Notes: generated from the letters alone by a model not told the origin. A DNA stretch of 64,000 bases from Alphaproteobacteria bacterium (GCA_963555825.3 CAUVXB020000002.1:3565590-3629589), one strand, 5' to 3'; counted from the stretch's first letter, positions 10,650 through 21,248 are shown. A program made the numbers and translations.

Positions 10650-11962
10650 CACTAGTGTCCGGTTAAAAATCGAATAAATTCAATTGGTTGGTTATTTGCG
10701 AAGCGTTGCATCTGTTTTCGTCTCCCGCAAGTGCTTGATGTATGGGCATTTTCTCGAAGAGGGTCACCGAGAGGATCTGTAACAAAGTGTAGAGCGAGGC
10801 GTCCAGGTCGAGGCGCTTCTTGACGATGGCGACGAGGACGTAGACCGAGACGGCAATCCAGATCTGCGTCTTCACCGCGTTCTCCGACGTGCCGTAGAAC
10901 TGCTTGATCCGAAGATGCTGCTTGATCCACTTGAAGAAGAGTTCCACCTGCCAGCGGCTTTTGTAGAGCGCGCAGATGGTGGCGGCCGGAAGCGAGAAGT
11001 TGTTGGTGATGAAGACCAGCGTCTTGCCGGACTCGGGGTCCTTGAAGCGGATGCGCCGCAGAAGTTCGGGGTAATCCTGACGGGTGTAGAAGCCGTCCAG
11101 GGAGATGGTCTGGTCGCAAATGATGCCGGTCGAGCGATCCGTCGGCGCCGAATAGACGCGATGAGCATCGATGTTCGACTTGGCACGCGTGACGAAGAAG
11201 GCCCCGGCTTGGTGCAACACATAAAGGCGGGCAAAGTCGACGTAGCCACGATCCACGACGTAGATGGCTCCGGCTTCCGGCAAGAGCATATCGAGGGCAT
11301 GAACGTCGTGCAGCTTGCCATCCGAGATGTGGATAAAACTCGGAATGTTGCCCCGCAGGTCGAGCAGCGTGTGCATCTTCACCGCCGCCTTGGTGGTGCG
11401 GAAGTGCGCCCACGGAAAGACCGACAGGCACAGAGCGATGGTCGTCGAGTCCAGGGCGTAGACGGTATTGGTCAGGTCCAACCCCAGTTCTTCGTCGACG
11501 TACAGCGTCCTCGCCTGGGTGATGAGCCGCTGGGCCAACGCCGCATGGATACGCCAGTCGCGCCTTTCGTTGGCATCGGCCAGCGTCGAGCGCCGGACCG
11601 GCTGGCGGAAGCCCATGTGATAGAGTTTCGATGCGTGGACCGAGAGGCAGGTCTCGATGTCGCGCAGGCTTTCCCGGTAGGTCAGCTGGGCGAAGGCCAT
11701 GGACCGGTATTGCTCGGCGCAGGAAAGCGTCCGGACCCGGTGATCGCCGCCATACCGGTCGACGATCCGCGTGAAAGTAGTCCATGGCAGGAAGTCCATG
11801 AGCTGAGCGAACAGGGTCTTGCCGGTGTTCATGAGCATCTCCTCGGAGAAACTCCGAAAAGTGCTCCATCCAATTCAAATCGACACCATGCATTTTCGCT
11901 TCAAACCCCGCAGAAATCCTGGCTCTCAAAGCCAGCACCGCTCAGTTAACCGGACAGCAGTG
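10650..11962 (-). mobile_element. IS4-family insertion sequence with 9-bp target duplication
   Basis: IRs CACTAGTGTCCGGTTAA / TTAACCGGACAGCAGTG; GGTTGTTCC duplicated at 10641-10649 and 11963-11971. Confidence 0.93.
10663..11832 (-). CDS. IS4-family transposase (DUF4372 + DDE)
   Basis: ALDSTT, VVDRGY, YKSRWQVELFFKWIKQ (YREK signature); GAGGAG RBS. Confidence 0.93.
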   Translation of the reverse strand: MNTGKTLFAQLMDFLPWTTFTRIVDRYGGDHRVRTLSCAEQYRSMAFAQLTYRESLRDIETCLSVHASKLYHMGFRQPVRRSTLADANERRDWRIHAALAQRLITQARTLYVDEELGLDLTNTVYALDSTTIALCLSVFPWAHFRTTKAAVKMHTLLDLRGNIPSFIHISDGKLHDVHALDMLLPEAGAIYVVDRGYVDFARLYVLHQAGAFFVTRAKSNIDAHRVYSAPTDRSTGIICDQTISLDGFYTRQDYPELLRRIRFKDPESGKTLVFITNNFSLPAATICALYKSRWQVELFFKWIKQHLRIKQFYGTSENAVKTQIWIAVSVYVLVAIVKKRLDLDASLYTLLQILSVTLFEKMPIHQALAGDENRCNASQITNQLNLFDF

Positions 11963-12021
11963 GGTTGTTCCATAAGATATAATTTTTATCTGTGTCCGTC
12001 ATCAAAACAAATGGGACTGTT

Positions 12022-12463
12022 TGAGGTGGTCCCACTTTGTTGGACAGTTTGGCAGCGCGGTTAAGGTGTATTCCGTTGTTTGATCATGCTGCCAAAATCC
12101 TTTTTATCACATCCTGTTGCTGTTGTTGAGCCTGTGGGGATGTGGGCAAGGCGCGAGCCTTGTCCATCATATCCACAGGTTGACCGGCCCCGTAGGCCTC
12201 GGCCGGCGTTTGACCGTCGAGGGACGAATGGGGCCGCTCGGTGTTGTAGAAGCCGATCCACTCGCCGATGACCCGTTCGGCGTGGAAGCCGTCGGTGAGC
12301 TCGTGTAGGTAGACCGCCTCATACTTGAGAGACCGCCACAGGCGCTCGATGAAGATGTTGTCCATGCAGCGGCCCCGACCGTCCATGGAGATGCGGATGC
12401 TCGCGTTCTTGAGCACGCCGGTGAAGTCGAGGCTGGTGAACTGGCTGCCCTGATCCGTATTGA
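12022..12463 (-). pseudogene. 3' remnant of IS3-family element (OrfB C-terminus and right end)
   Basis: NTDQGSQFTS...DNIFIERLWRSLKYE...YNTERPHSSL; terminal TGAGGTGGTCCC at 12022; cut at the IS1380 end. Confidence 0.88.
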
Positions 12464-14105
12464 CCCGCATTTCCCAAGTATCGTCGATATCCAGTGCGGC
12501 GAGAAGGCGATTCTGCTATAAGAATCATGAAGTTGTAGCATACATGGAGCGGCGGATATGGCACACCCGATGGGTGAATCGAAACCGGGGTGCCTTCGGG
12601 TCGTTTTTGACCGTCGATTGAAGCTTGAATTCCACGGTTCCAAGATCACCTCTGATGCCGGGTTGCTCGCCTACCGGGAGCTTGACGATGCCCTCGGCCT
12701 GACTGAGATGGCCGAGGGTGTTTTCCAGGATAGCCGTACCGGCAAGAACGGATGGCACGGCATGACGGGTCAGTTTCGCCAGTCCGTTTTCGGGCGCCTT
12801 GGCGGCTATGACGATGTGAACGACGCCGACCGTCTGGGACGCGATCCCGCCATGCGCTGGATTGTTGGCGGCAAGGCCATCGAAAGACAGGCCGCTTCCA
12901 CCAGCCAGATGGGACGCTTCGAGACGGAGCTATTGGCCACCGACGAGAACGTTGAAGCCTTGGTCGACATGAACGGGGTGTGGATCGACAAGGTTCATGA
13001 CCGCCATCCGCCGAAGATGATCATTCTCGACATGGACAGCAGCGTCAGCCCGACCCATGGCGAACAAGAGGGAACAGCGTACAATGGTCACTTCGGCTGT
13101 ACCTGCTACCATCCGCTATTCCTGTTCAACCAGTTCGGCGACTTGGAGAGATGTTCCCTGCGCCCCGGTAATGTTCACAGTGCCGACGGATGGCGGAATG
13201 TTCTGGAGCCGGTGGTGATGCGCTATAAGGAAAGGAAGGTGCGGCTGTATTTTCGTGGCGATGCCGCCTTCGCCTCACCGGAGATATACGAATATCTCGA
13301 AGCCGAGGGATTACTCTACGTCATCCGCCTCAAAGCGAACGCGATTCTCCAGCGGAACATTGCCCATCTGCTTACGCGACCTGTCGGTCGCCCGCCCGAC
13401 CATGTTCGCCGTTTCCACGCCAGCTTCAGCTATCAGGCCGGATCGTGGAACAAGAAGCGCCGTGTCGTGGCCAAAGTGGAGTGGCACCCCGGCGAGCTGG
13501 TTCCTCGCGTCGGTTTCATCGTCACTAATCTGTCGCGCCCTACCAAGCGGGTGGTGGCGTTCTATAATCACCGTGGCACGGCGGAGCAGCACATCAAGGA
13601 AGGCAAGAACGCCATCAACTGGACCCGTCTGTCATGTCGCAAGTTCCGCAACAATGCCGTTCGGCTCCAGCTTCACGCCCTGGCCTACAATCTGGGCAAC
13701 TTCATGAGGACACTGGCTTTGCCGAAGGAGGTGGAGCACTGGTCGATGACGACGTTGCGCGACAAGCTGGTGAAGATCGGGGCCAAGGTTGTCCGACATG
13801 GCCGCTACGTTACGTTCCAATTGGCTGAGGTGGCGGTGCCGAGGGACCTGTTCCGGAAAATCCTGAGCTTGATTGATGATCTGCGACGAAGACCCGCTCC
13901 GGCGTAGGCCGAGGGAATCGACGGCGAGGAGAAAGCGACAGGAGAGGTGTGTCTGGATGGCGAGAAAAATGACCGAGTGGCCTTCCAAGCGCGGGCCGAT
14001 TACCAAAATCATGCCATCGGATGGCTGCATAGGGGATACAGTTCCCTTGGCGGTGGGAAAGTGGTACGATTTCCACGAATTTGGATGGTATATGGGGAAT
14101 GTCGG
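12464..14105 (+). mobile_element. IS1380-family insertion sequence (copy 1)
   Basis: Ends CCCGCATTTCCC / GGGGAATGTCGG; same layout as the copy at 42298. Confidence 0.85.
12558..13907 (+). CDS. IS1380-family transposase
   Basis: TSDAGLL, LDMDSS, YNGHFG..CYHPL, LRPGN, RGDAAF, YNHRGTAEQHIKE. Confidence 0.93.
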   Translation: MAHPMGESKPGCLRVVFDRRLKLEFHGSKITSDAGLLAYRELDDALGLTEMAEGVFQDSRTGKNGWHGMTGQFRQSVFGRLGGYDDVNDADRLGRDPAMRWIVGGKAIERQAASTSQMGRFETELLATDENVEALVDMNGVWIDKVHDRHPPKMIILDMDSSVSPTHGEQEGTAYNGHFGCTCYHPLFLFNQFGDLERCSLRPGNVHSADGWRNVLEPVVMRYKERKVRLYFRGDAAFASPEIYEYLEAEGLLYVIRLKANAILQRNIAHLLTRPVGRPPDHVRRFHASFSYQAGSWNKKRRVVAKVEWHPGELVPRVGFIVTNLSRPTKRVVAFYNHRGTAEQHIKEGKNAINWTRLSCRKFRNNAVRLQLHALAYNLGNFMRTLALPKEVEHWSMTTLRDKLVKIGAKVVRHGRYVTFQLAEVAVPRDLFRKILSLIDDLRRRPAPA

Positions 14106-14210
14106 ATTAGACCAATATACGGAAATCTGGCACACTGTACAGACCTTCGGCGATTCCATGAGCGGCGAAAAAACAAGAATCTCCACCGGCGCCGATGGGT
14201 GGGAGGCGGT

Positions 14211-15320
14211 ATGTGGAGTTACAAAAATAGCGTCCGAATCAAGTTCGGCGCTGGTTCGCTCGACGAGATCGGCGATCTGGTTCAGGGCCGCACCTATTGC
14301 CTCGTCACCTATGACGAGCCGATTTTTCATGGCTTCGCCCAGCGCACTGCCGCGCTCGCCGGTCCGGCCACGCTCACCATCGACAATGTGGTCCCGAACC
14401 CGGACTTCCACATGCTGACCGCATCCTGCGACCGATTTGCCGCCGCCGAAACGGTCCCGGAAGTTATAGTCGCCCTGGGCGGGGGATCGGTTATCGACGC
14501 CGCCAAGGTGGTCGCCGCAGGCGGCAATGGTTTCGGCGCCGTCAAACGGTTTCTCGAAGACGGCGCGGGCGAGGACGCGTTGACGGCGACCCCGATTGTC
14601 GCGATCCCGACCACCGCTGGAACAGGAAGGGAACTCACCTCATGGGCGAGCGGGTGGGATACGGATTTCAAGCGCAAGTATTCCCTGTCGCGGCTGTCCT
14701 TGTATCCTACCGATGCATTGATCGACCCCGAACTGATGGTGGCGATGCCGCGAGCTTTGACGGTCAGCACCGCGCTGGATGCTCTTTCCCATTCCCGGGA
14801 GAGCATTTGGAATGTGAACGGCAATCCGGTTTCCACGAACCATGCGGTCACCGCCGCGAGGGAAATCCTGGATACTCTCCCCGAGTTGGTGGACGATCTG
14901 AGCAATCTGGACCTCCGCACCCGGATCGCCCGGGCCGCGACATTTGCGGGACTGGCGTTTTCCAACACCAGAACCGCGCTGGCCCATTCCATTTCCTACC
15001 CCATCACCCTGAGTCACGGCACGCCGCACGGCATCGCCTGTTCGTTCAGTCTGCCCATGGTGATGCGGAGCGTGATCGGCGCCGATCTGACCTGCGATAC
15101 CGGATTGGGGCGTATTTTCGGATCGAATTTGCCGGCCGGCGCGGACCGGCTGGAGGAATTTCTCGTCAATCTCGGTGTCTCCGTCGACAAGGCGGACTAC
15201 GGGGTCGATGACGGGGAGTGGCAGGAGTTGATCGAATCCGCCATGACCGGTGAAAGAGGACGCAATTTGATCGGATCGCAGGAGCGTGTGACCGAGAGTC
15301 TAGGCGCTGACAAAAGGTGA
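14211..15320 (+). CDS. Iron-containing alcohol dehydrogenase, phosphonate-associated type
   Basis: GGGAGG RBS; GGGSVID, PTTAGTG, metal ligands in LDALSH, ALAHS, HGIAC; heads a phn ABC operon. Confidence 0.85.
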   Translation: MWSYKNSVRIKFGAGSLDEIGDLVQGRTYCLVTYDEPIFHGFAQRTAALAGPATLTIDNVVPNPDFHMLTASCDRFAAAETVPEVIVALGGGSVIDAAKVVAAGGNGFGAVKRFLEDGAGEDALTATPIVAIPTTAGTGRELTSWASGWDTDFKRKYSLSRLSLYPTDALIDPELMVAMPRALTVSTALDALSHSRESIWNVNGNPVSTNHAVTAAREILDTLPELVDDLSNLDLRTRIARAATFAGLAFSNTRTALAHSISYPITLSHGTPHGIACSFSLPMVMRSVIGADLTCDTGLGRIFGSNLPAGADRLEEFLVNLGVSVDKADYGVDDGEWQELIESAMTGERGRNLIGSQERVTESLGADKR

Positions 15321-15379
15321 CCGGGAGATTAAATCCGCGCGCCGACATCTAATTCGTGCCAAAAAAACAGGAGGCAACC

Positions 15380-16336
15380 ATGTGTACCGATTACAAATCT
15401 CATGACCCACGCAGAAACCGCGCCCGGCGGGCGATCGCCTGGACGGCCGCGACCGTTTTCTCGCTCGGTTTGTCCGGACAAGTGCTGGCGGCGGCCGAAT
15501 GCGAGAACCCCGACGCCCTGACCTTCGCCATCATCCCGACCGAGGAGACCGTGGCGGAACTGCAGCTCTACAAACCGGTCACCGACCGCATGGCCGAAAT
15601 GACCGGCAAGAAAATCCAGTTCTTCATGCCGACGTCCTACGCATCGGTTGTCGAAGGCATGTTGAGCGGTTTCGTTCATGTCGGCGTTCTCGGTCCCTAC
15701 ACCTACGTCATCGCCAACAACAAGGACCCCAACATCGAGGTCTTCGCCACCTACGCCAAGCGGCCCGGCCACCTTCAGGAGGAAGGCCCCGGCTATCGCG
15801 GTGTTCTGGTGACCAAGAAGGGTTCCGGGTTCACCACCATCGAGTCCCTCAAGGGATCGGTGCTCGGCCTCACCGACCCGGGCAGCACATCGGGCAATTT
15901 AATGCCGCGTGTGGTATTCTCCGAAACCGTCGGCATGGACTTGGACGATTATTTCGGCAAAGTCGTTTACACGGGCAGCCACGAGCTTTCCACGGTGGCG
16001 GTTCACCAGGGCAAGGTCGACGCGGCCTTCGTCGCCACGCACCGCTTCGACAACGTGGTTGATAAGAGCGAAGTGGCGCTGGGCGATTTCAATGTTTTGT
16101 GGAAGTCCGATCCGATCCCGCAGGACCCCTTCGTCTACCGCAATACCCTGTGCGACGATATCAAGAAGAATATCGAGGACACTTTCCTGGGCCTCAAGGA
16201 CCAGCCCGGGGCCAAAAAATTCCTCGACAACGTCAAATCCAATACCTTCGTCCGCATGACGTCCGATGATTACAACATCATTCGCGCCTTGAAAAAGGCC
16301 AAGGACGAGCGCAAGAAAAAGGCGAACTCGGGCTGA
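15380..16336 (+). CDS. phnD: Phosphonate/phosphite ABC transporter substrate-binding protein
   Basis: AGGAGG RBS, signal peptide, DPGSTSGN, GSH, SDPIPQDP motifs. Confidence 0.9.
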   Translation: MCTDYKSHDPRRNRARRAIAWTAATVFSLGLSGQVLAAAECENPDALTFAIIPTEETVAELQLYKPVTDRMAEMTGKKIQFFMPTSYASVVEGMLSGFVHVGVLGPYTYVIANNKDPNIEVFATYAKRPGHLQEEGPGYRGVLVTKKGSGFTTIESLKGSVLGLTDPGSTSGNLMPRVVFSETVGMDLDDYFGKVVYTGSHELSTVAVHQGKVDAAFVATHRFDNVVDKSEVALGDFNVLWKSDPIPQDPFVYRNTLCDDIKKNIEDTFLGLKDQPGAKKFLDNVKSNTFVRMTSDDYNIIRALKKAKDERKKKANSG

Positions 16337-16346
16337 ATTGGTGGCG

Positions 16347-16383
16347 GCCGGCCGGAGCGAAGCACTTTCCCGCTCCGGCCGGC
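16347..16383 (+). promoter_or_regulatory. Intercistronic 13-bp hairpin after phnD (likely mRNA-stabilising)
   Basis: GCCGGCCGGAGCG / CGCTCCGGCCGGC perfect stem. Confidence 0.5.
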
Positions 16384-16438
16384 TCCTCCCTTCGATCCCA
16401 GCGGTTCGGTAACAATTTTTTCTGGCCGGGGGTGGCGC

Positions 16439-17191
16439 ATGGCGATTTTGGAGGTCCGCGATCTTCACGCGCGTTATTCCGCCAGCGGCCCGGAAATTCT
16501 GAAAGGCGTCTCATTTAGCGTCGAGGATGATGATTTCTTTGCCATCATCGGCCCCAGCGGCGCCGGCAAATCGACCCTGATCCGCTGCATCAACCGGCTG
16601 GTGGAGCCAAGCGGCGGCGAAATAATATTTTGCGATCGCGAGATTACCAAACTGCCCGGCCGCCAACTGCGCAGGCTGCGGCGGGATATCGGCATGATAT
16701 TTCAGGAATTCAACCTGATCGACCGCATGAGCGTCATGGACAACGTGCTGTCCGGCCGCCTCGGCTACACCAGCAATCTGCGCAGCTTGTTCCGCACCTT
16801 CCCGCGCAGCGATATTCAGCATGCCCTGGACCTTCTCGATCGGGTCGGATTGTCGGAGCACGTGGACAAACGCGCCGACGAGCTTTCCGGCGGACAGCGC
16901 CAAAGGGTGGGCATCTGCCGGGCCCTGATGCAAAACCCGAAACTGCTGCTGGTGGATGAACCCACCTCGGCCCTCGACCCGAAGATTTCCCGCGAGGTCA
17001 TGGCGCTTATCAAACAGATGGCCACGGAACTCAAGGTGCCGTGCCTGTGCAATATTCACGATGTGCAATTGGCCATGGAGTTCTGCAACAAGATTATCGG
17101 CCTCCAGGACGGCAATAAGATGTTCGACGGCCCGACCGGGGAAATGGACCAGGCCAAGCTCGACGAAATCTACGCCATGGAAGTTCTGTAG
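16439..17191 (+). CDS. phnC: Phosphonate ABC transporter ATP-binding protein
   Basis: GPSGAGKS, NVLSGRLG, LSGGQRQRV, DEPTSALDP. Confidence 0.92.
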   Translation: MAILEVRDLHARYSASGPEILKGVSFSVEDDDFFAIIGPSGAGKSTLIRCINRLVEPSGGEIIFCDREITKLPGRQLRRLRRDIGMIFQEFNLIDRMSVMDNVLSGRLGYTSNLRSLFRTFPRSDIQHALDLLDRVGLSEHVDKRADELSGGQRQRVGICRALMQNPKLLLVDEPTSALDPKISREVMALIKQMATELKVPCLCNIHDVQLAMEFCNKIIGLQDGNKMFDGPTGEMDQAKLDEIYAMEVL

Positions 17192-18028
17192 ATGGCCACG
17201 CGCGACGCCCAGGAATCACCGGCGCCCAGACCCACGGTCGACGATATCATTCGATCGCGGCGCCAGAACCGCTACGCCAAGGGCGCATTCTATGTGCTGC
17301 TTTTGATCATGGTGGTGTGGAGCATCAAAGTCACCGTGATCGAGGACACGGATTGGGCGCGGATCGGCTCCGTGGGGAAAGTGATCGAAGCGGCCAACCG
17401 CTTCATCGGAATCGATTTTTCACTGTTCCCATCGCTCATTGGGCCGACCATCGAAACCCTGATGATCGCCTGTCTGGGGACCTTGCTGGGGGTCTTTCTG
17501 TGCATTCCCGCGGCCTGGTTCGGGGCCCACAACATCACGCCTTACAAACCCATCACCTATCCCCTGGCGCGCCTGATGATGACCCTCAGCCGCTCCATTC
17601 ACGAGATCGTCTGGGCCCTGTTCTTCGTCGCCGCCGTCGGCCTCGGCGCCCTCGCCGGGGTTCTCGCCCTGGCCGTCCGTTCGATCGGATTTATCGCCAA
17701 GATGTCCGCCGAGGCCATCGAGGATATCGACCCGGGGCCTGTGGAAGCGATTCGTGCGGTCGGCGGCAATGACTTCCAGGTGATGATCTACGGCATCCTG
17801 CCCCAGGTGCTGCCCCAGGTGCTCAGCGTCGTCGTCTTCGAATGGGAAATCAACATCCGCCGTTCGGCGATCCTGGGATTGGTCGGCGCCGGAGGTCTGG
17901 GTTTGGTCTTCTTCCGGCAGATGAACACCTTCAACTACTACGGCGTGACCTCGGTCATTATCGCCATCCTGTTCCTGATTCTGCTGGGCGAGGTATTTTC
18001 TTATTACTCCCGAAAGGCGGTGATCTGA
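17192..18028 (+). CDS. phnE: Phosphonate ABC transporter permease
   Basis: RSIHEIVWAL, EAIE..GPVEA, EINIRRSAILGLVGAGGLG. Confidence 0.9.
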   Translation: MATRDAQESPAPRPTVDDIIRSRRQNRYAKGAFYVLLLIMVVWSIKVTVIEDTDWARIGSVGKVIEAANRFIGIDFSLFPSLIGPTIETLMIACLGTLLGVFLCIPAAWFGAHNITPYKPITYPLARLMMTLSRSIHEIVWALFFVAAVGLGALAGVLALAVRSIGFIAKMSAEAIEDIDPGPVEAIRAVGGNDFQVMIYGILPQVLPQVLSVVVFEWEINIRRSAILGLVGAGGLGLVFFRQMNTFNYYGVTSVIIAILFLILLGEVFSYYSRKAVI

Positions 18029-18852
18029 TGAGCCGGGCCGTGGAACCACAGCGGGAGTGGCGCCGCTTCAAGTATCCGGACTCGGTGATCCGTTACGGCG
18101 TTTGGGTCTTCATACTGGTTTTCCTCGTCTATACGGTCGAGTACCTAGAAATTCCCCTGGATCGTTTGTTCGGCATGTTTGGGCGCATGGGCTCGACCCT
18201 CGCCAACAGGTACTATCCGCCGGACATCGAATACATCATGGACCGGGACTACTTGGAATATGTCATCGAGACCGTTCAGATGGCGTATCTGGGTGCGTTG
18301 TTCGGACTCCTGGCGTCGGTGCCGCTCGGTTGGTTCGGTTCCTACAACATGACCCCGAGCCGCCGTTTCGTCTATCCGGTGGCGCGGCTCATCACCATGG
18401 CCTGTCGCGCCGTGCATGAGATGATTTGGGCGATCCTGTTCGTCACCATCATCGGTTTCGGCATGCTGCCGGGCGTCATGGCGCTGATGTTCTTCTGCAC
18501 CGGTTTTGCCGGCAAGCTGTTCGCCGAGGAGATCGAGGCTATCGATATGGGTCTGGTGGACGCCATGCGGGCCAGCGGCGCCAATCTGTTTCAGATCATG
18601 CTGTTCGGCGTCTTCCCCCAGGTCCGGGTCGCCTTTACCGGCATCGCCATCTATACCTGGGACGTGTCGTTCCGGGCGGCCACGGTGGTCGGCTTCTTCG
18701 GCGCCGGCGGCATGGGCTGGTACCTGAAGCGCAACATCCTCCAGATCGAGACCGAACGGGTCGCCGCGATCCTGCTCTCCATTCTCGCCTTGGTGCTGGT
18801 CTCGGAGGCCCTCTCCGCCTGGGCGCGCGCCCGGGTCATGAAAATGAAATAA
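18028..18852 (+). CDS. phnE: Phosphonate ABC transporter permease (second)
   Basis: ATG overlaps upstream TGA; RAVHEMIWA, GKLFAEEIE, RAATVVGFFGAGGMG. Confidence 0.9.
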   Translation: MSRAVEPQREWRRFKYPDSVIRYGVWVFILVFLVYTVEYLEIPLDRLFGMFGRMGSTLANRYYPPDIEYIMDRDYLEYVIETVQMAYLGALFGLLASVPLGWFGSYNMTPSRRFVYPVARLITMACRAVHEMIWAILFVTIIGFGMLPGVMALMFFCTGFAGKLFAEEIEAIDMGLVDAMRASGANLFQIMLFGVFPQVRVAFTGIAIYTWDVSFRAATVVGFFGAGGMGWYLKRNILQIETERVAAILLSILALVLVSEALSAWARARVMKMK

Positions 18853-18987
18853 CCGGGCCGGACAGCAAACTGAGAACGGCAGAGCAATAATCCCCCACTG
18901 AAGCGGCCGGTCGATCCGGCTGCGGCGGACCAAAATGGGACCGCGTATAGCCTTCTGTCAGGGTTGCTCTGACTGGAAGGCGGGGGG

Positions 18988-20487
18988 ATGTATCGGGTGG
19001 AGATGTACGCGCGGGTCCGGCGGGCGTGTCGTGTCGAGGGAATGAGCACCCGCGAGGCCTCGCGGGTGTTCGGGCTGGACCGCAAGACGGTACGCAAGAT
19101 GCTGTCGTTCTCGGTGCCGCCGGGGTATCGCCGAAGCGCGCCGCCGAGGCGGCCAAAGCTGGGTCCGTTCGCGGGAATCATCGATCGGATCTTGGAAGAC
19201 GATCGGACCAGCCACCGCAAGCAACGGCACACGGCGAAGCGGATCTTCGACCGTCTCCGGGACGAGTACGGGTTCACCGGCGGCTACACCATCGTGAAGG
19301 ACTATGTTCGTGAGCAGGGGCTTCGGTCGCGTGAGGTGTTCGTGCCACTCTCCCATTCCCCCGGTCACGCCCAGGCGGACTTCGGCGAAGCGATGGCGGT
19401 GATCGGCGGCGCGTTACGGAAGATCCACTTCCTTGCCTTCGACCTTCCCCACAGTGATGGTTGCTTTGTTGCGGCCTATCCGGCGGAGACGACCGAAGCA
19501 TTCTGCGATGGCCACAACGCGGCGTTTGCCTTCTTCGGCGGCGTCCCCCGATCCATCCTGTACGACAACACCAAGCTGGCGGTTGCCCGGATCCTGGGCG
19601 ATGGGAAGCGGCAGCGAACGCGCGTCTTCACGGAGCTTCAGTCCCACTATCTGTTCGAGGACAGGTTCGGCCGGCCGGGCAAGGGCAACGACAAGGGCAA
19701 GGTCGAGGGACTGGTCGGCTTCATCCGGCGGAACTTCCTGGTCCCCGTCCCGCGGGCCGAGAGCTTCGAGGCCCTCAACGATGCTCTCGCGGGACAGTGC
19801 CGCCGGCGCCAGGCGGCGCGGCTGCGGGGTCACAAGGAGACCATCGGCGAGCGCCTCGCACGGGACCGGGAAGCCTTCTTGCCTCTACCCCCGGCACCAT
19901 ACGATGCCTGCGACAAGCGCCCTGGACGGGTGAGCTCGCTGTCGCTGGTGCGCTGCCGGGGCAACGACTACTCGGTGCCCGTGGCCTATGGCCACCGCGA
20001 GGTGCTGATCCGGTGCTACGTCGACGAGGTCGTTATCTCTTGCGGCGCGGAGGTGATTGCCCGGCACCGCCGGTCCTACGACAGCGAGGACCTGATCTTC
20101 GACCCGCTGCATTACCTACCCTTGATCGAGCAGAAGATCGGCGCCCTCGACCAGGCCGCGCCATTGGCGGGCTGGGACCTGCCCGAGGCCTTCATCACTC
20201 TGCGGCGGCTCCTCGAAGCTCGTATGGGCAAGGCAGGCAAGCGCGAGTACGTCCAGGTGCTCCGTCTACTGGAGACCTTCCGGCTCGAGGAGGTCGAGGG
20301 TGCGGTCGGCGACGCCCTGCGGCTCGGCGCAATCGGCTTTGATGCGGTGAAGCACCTGGTACTGTGCCGCATCGAGCGGCGGCCGCCCAGACTCAACCTC
20401 GACGTCTATCCGTATCTGCCGCGCGCCCGGGTCGCGACGACGTCTGCCAAGTCGTACATGAGCCTGCTGTCGGGGCTCGGCGCATGA
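18988..20487 (+). CDS. istA: IS21 transposase
   Basis: AQADFG, ILYDN, KGKVE (DDE). Confidence 0.93.
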   Translation: MYRVEMYARVRRACRVEGMSTREASRVFGLDRKTVRKMLSFSVPPGYRRSAPPRRPKLGPFAGIIDRILEDDRTSHRKQRHTAKRIFDRLRDEYGFTGGYTIVKDYVREQGLRSREVFVPLSHSPGHAQADFGEAMAVIGGALRKIHFLAFDLPHSDGCFVAAYPAETTEAFCDGHNAAFAFFGGVPRSILYDNTKLAVARILGDGKRQRTRVFTELQSHYLFEDRFGRPGKGNDKGKVEGLVGFIRRNFLVPVPRAESFEALNDALAGQCRRRQAARLRGHKETIGERLARDREAFLPLPPAPYDACDKRPGRVSSLSLVRCRGNDYSVPVAYGHREVLIRCYVDEVVISCGAEVIARHRRSYDSEDLIFDPLHYLPLIEQKIGALDQAAPLAGWDLPEAFITLRRLLEARMGKAGKREYVQVLRLLETFRLEEVEGAVGDALRLGAIGFDAVKHLVLCRIERRPPRLNLDVYPYLPRARVATTSAKSYMSLLSGLGA

Positions 20488-21248
20488 CCGACACACGGCA
20501 GGTGCTGCTCGTCCACCACCTCAAGAGGCTGAAGCTGCCGACGTTCCTGAGGGAGTACGACAAGATCGCCCGGCAGTGTGCCTCGGAAGGCGTCGACCAC
20601 GTTCGCTATCTTCTGCGTCTTGCCGAGCTCGAGCTGATCGACCGCGAGCGCCGCATGGTCGAGCGGCGCATCAAGGCGGCGCGCTTCCCCGTGATCAAGA
20701 GCCTCGATAGCTTCGACTTCAAGGTCATCCCCTCGCTCAACAAGGCGCTGGTCCTGGAGCTGGCCCGCTGCGAGTACATCGAGCGCCGCGAGAACCTCAT
20801 CGCGCTCGGCAACAGCGGCACCGGCAAGACCCACATCGCCCTCGGTCTCGGCTTGGCGGCCTGCCAGAAGGGCCTCTCGGTCGGCTTCATCACCGCCGCC
20901 GCACTGGTCCACGAGCTCATCGAGGCCCGCGATGACAAGCAGCTGCTGAGGTTCCAGAAGAAGCTCGCCACCTACAAGCTTCTGATCGTCGACGAACTCG
21001 GCTTCGTGCCGCTGTCCAAGACCGGTGCCGAGCTCCTGTTCGAGGTGTTCAGCCAGCGCTACGAGCGGGGCTCGACCCTGGTCACCACCAATCTGCCCTT
21101 CGACGAATGGACCGAGGTGTTCGGCTCCGAGCGGCTTACCGGCGCTCTCCTCGACCGCCTCACCCACCACGTCAACATCCTCGAGATGAATGGCGAGAGC
21201 TACAGGCTCAACCAGAGCCGCAGGCGTCAAACCCCGACGGCGAACTGA
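20484..21248 (+). CDS. istB: IS21 helper ATPase
   Basis: GNSGTGKT, LLIVDELG, LLDRLTHH. Confidence 0.93.
   Translation: MTDTRQVLLVHHLKRLKLPTFLREYDKIARQCASEGVDHVRYLLRLAELELIDRERRMVERRIKAARFPVIKSLDSFDFKVIPSLNKALVLELARCEYIERRENLIALGNSGTGKTHIALGLGLAACQKGLSVGFITAAALVHELIEARDDKQLLRFQKKLATYKLLIVDELGFVPLSKTGAELLFEVFSQRYERGSTLVTTNLPFDEWTEVFGSERLTGALLDRLTHHVNILEMNGESYRLNQSRRRQTPTAN

Noticed and set aside
14122-14138. Sigma-54 promoter or Pho box (CTGGCACACTGTACAG)
   Set aside because: No GC at the -12 position and no 11-bp-period repeat.
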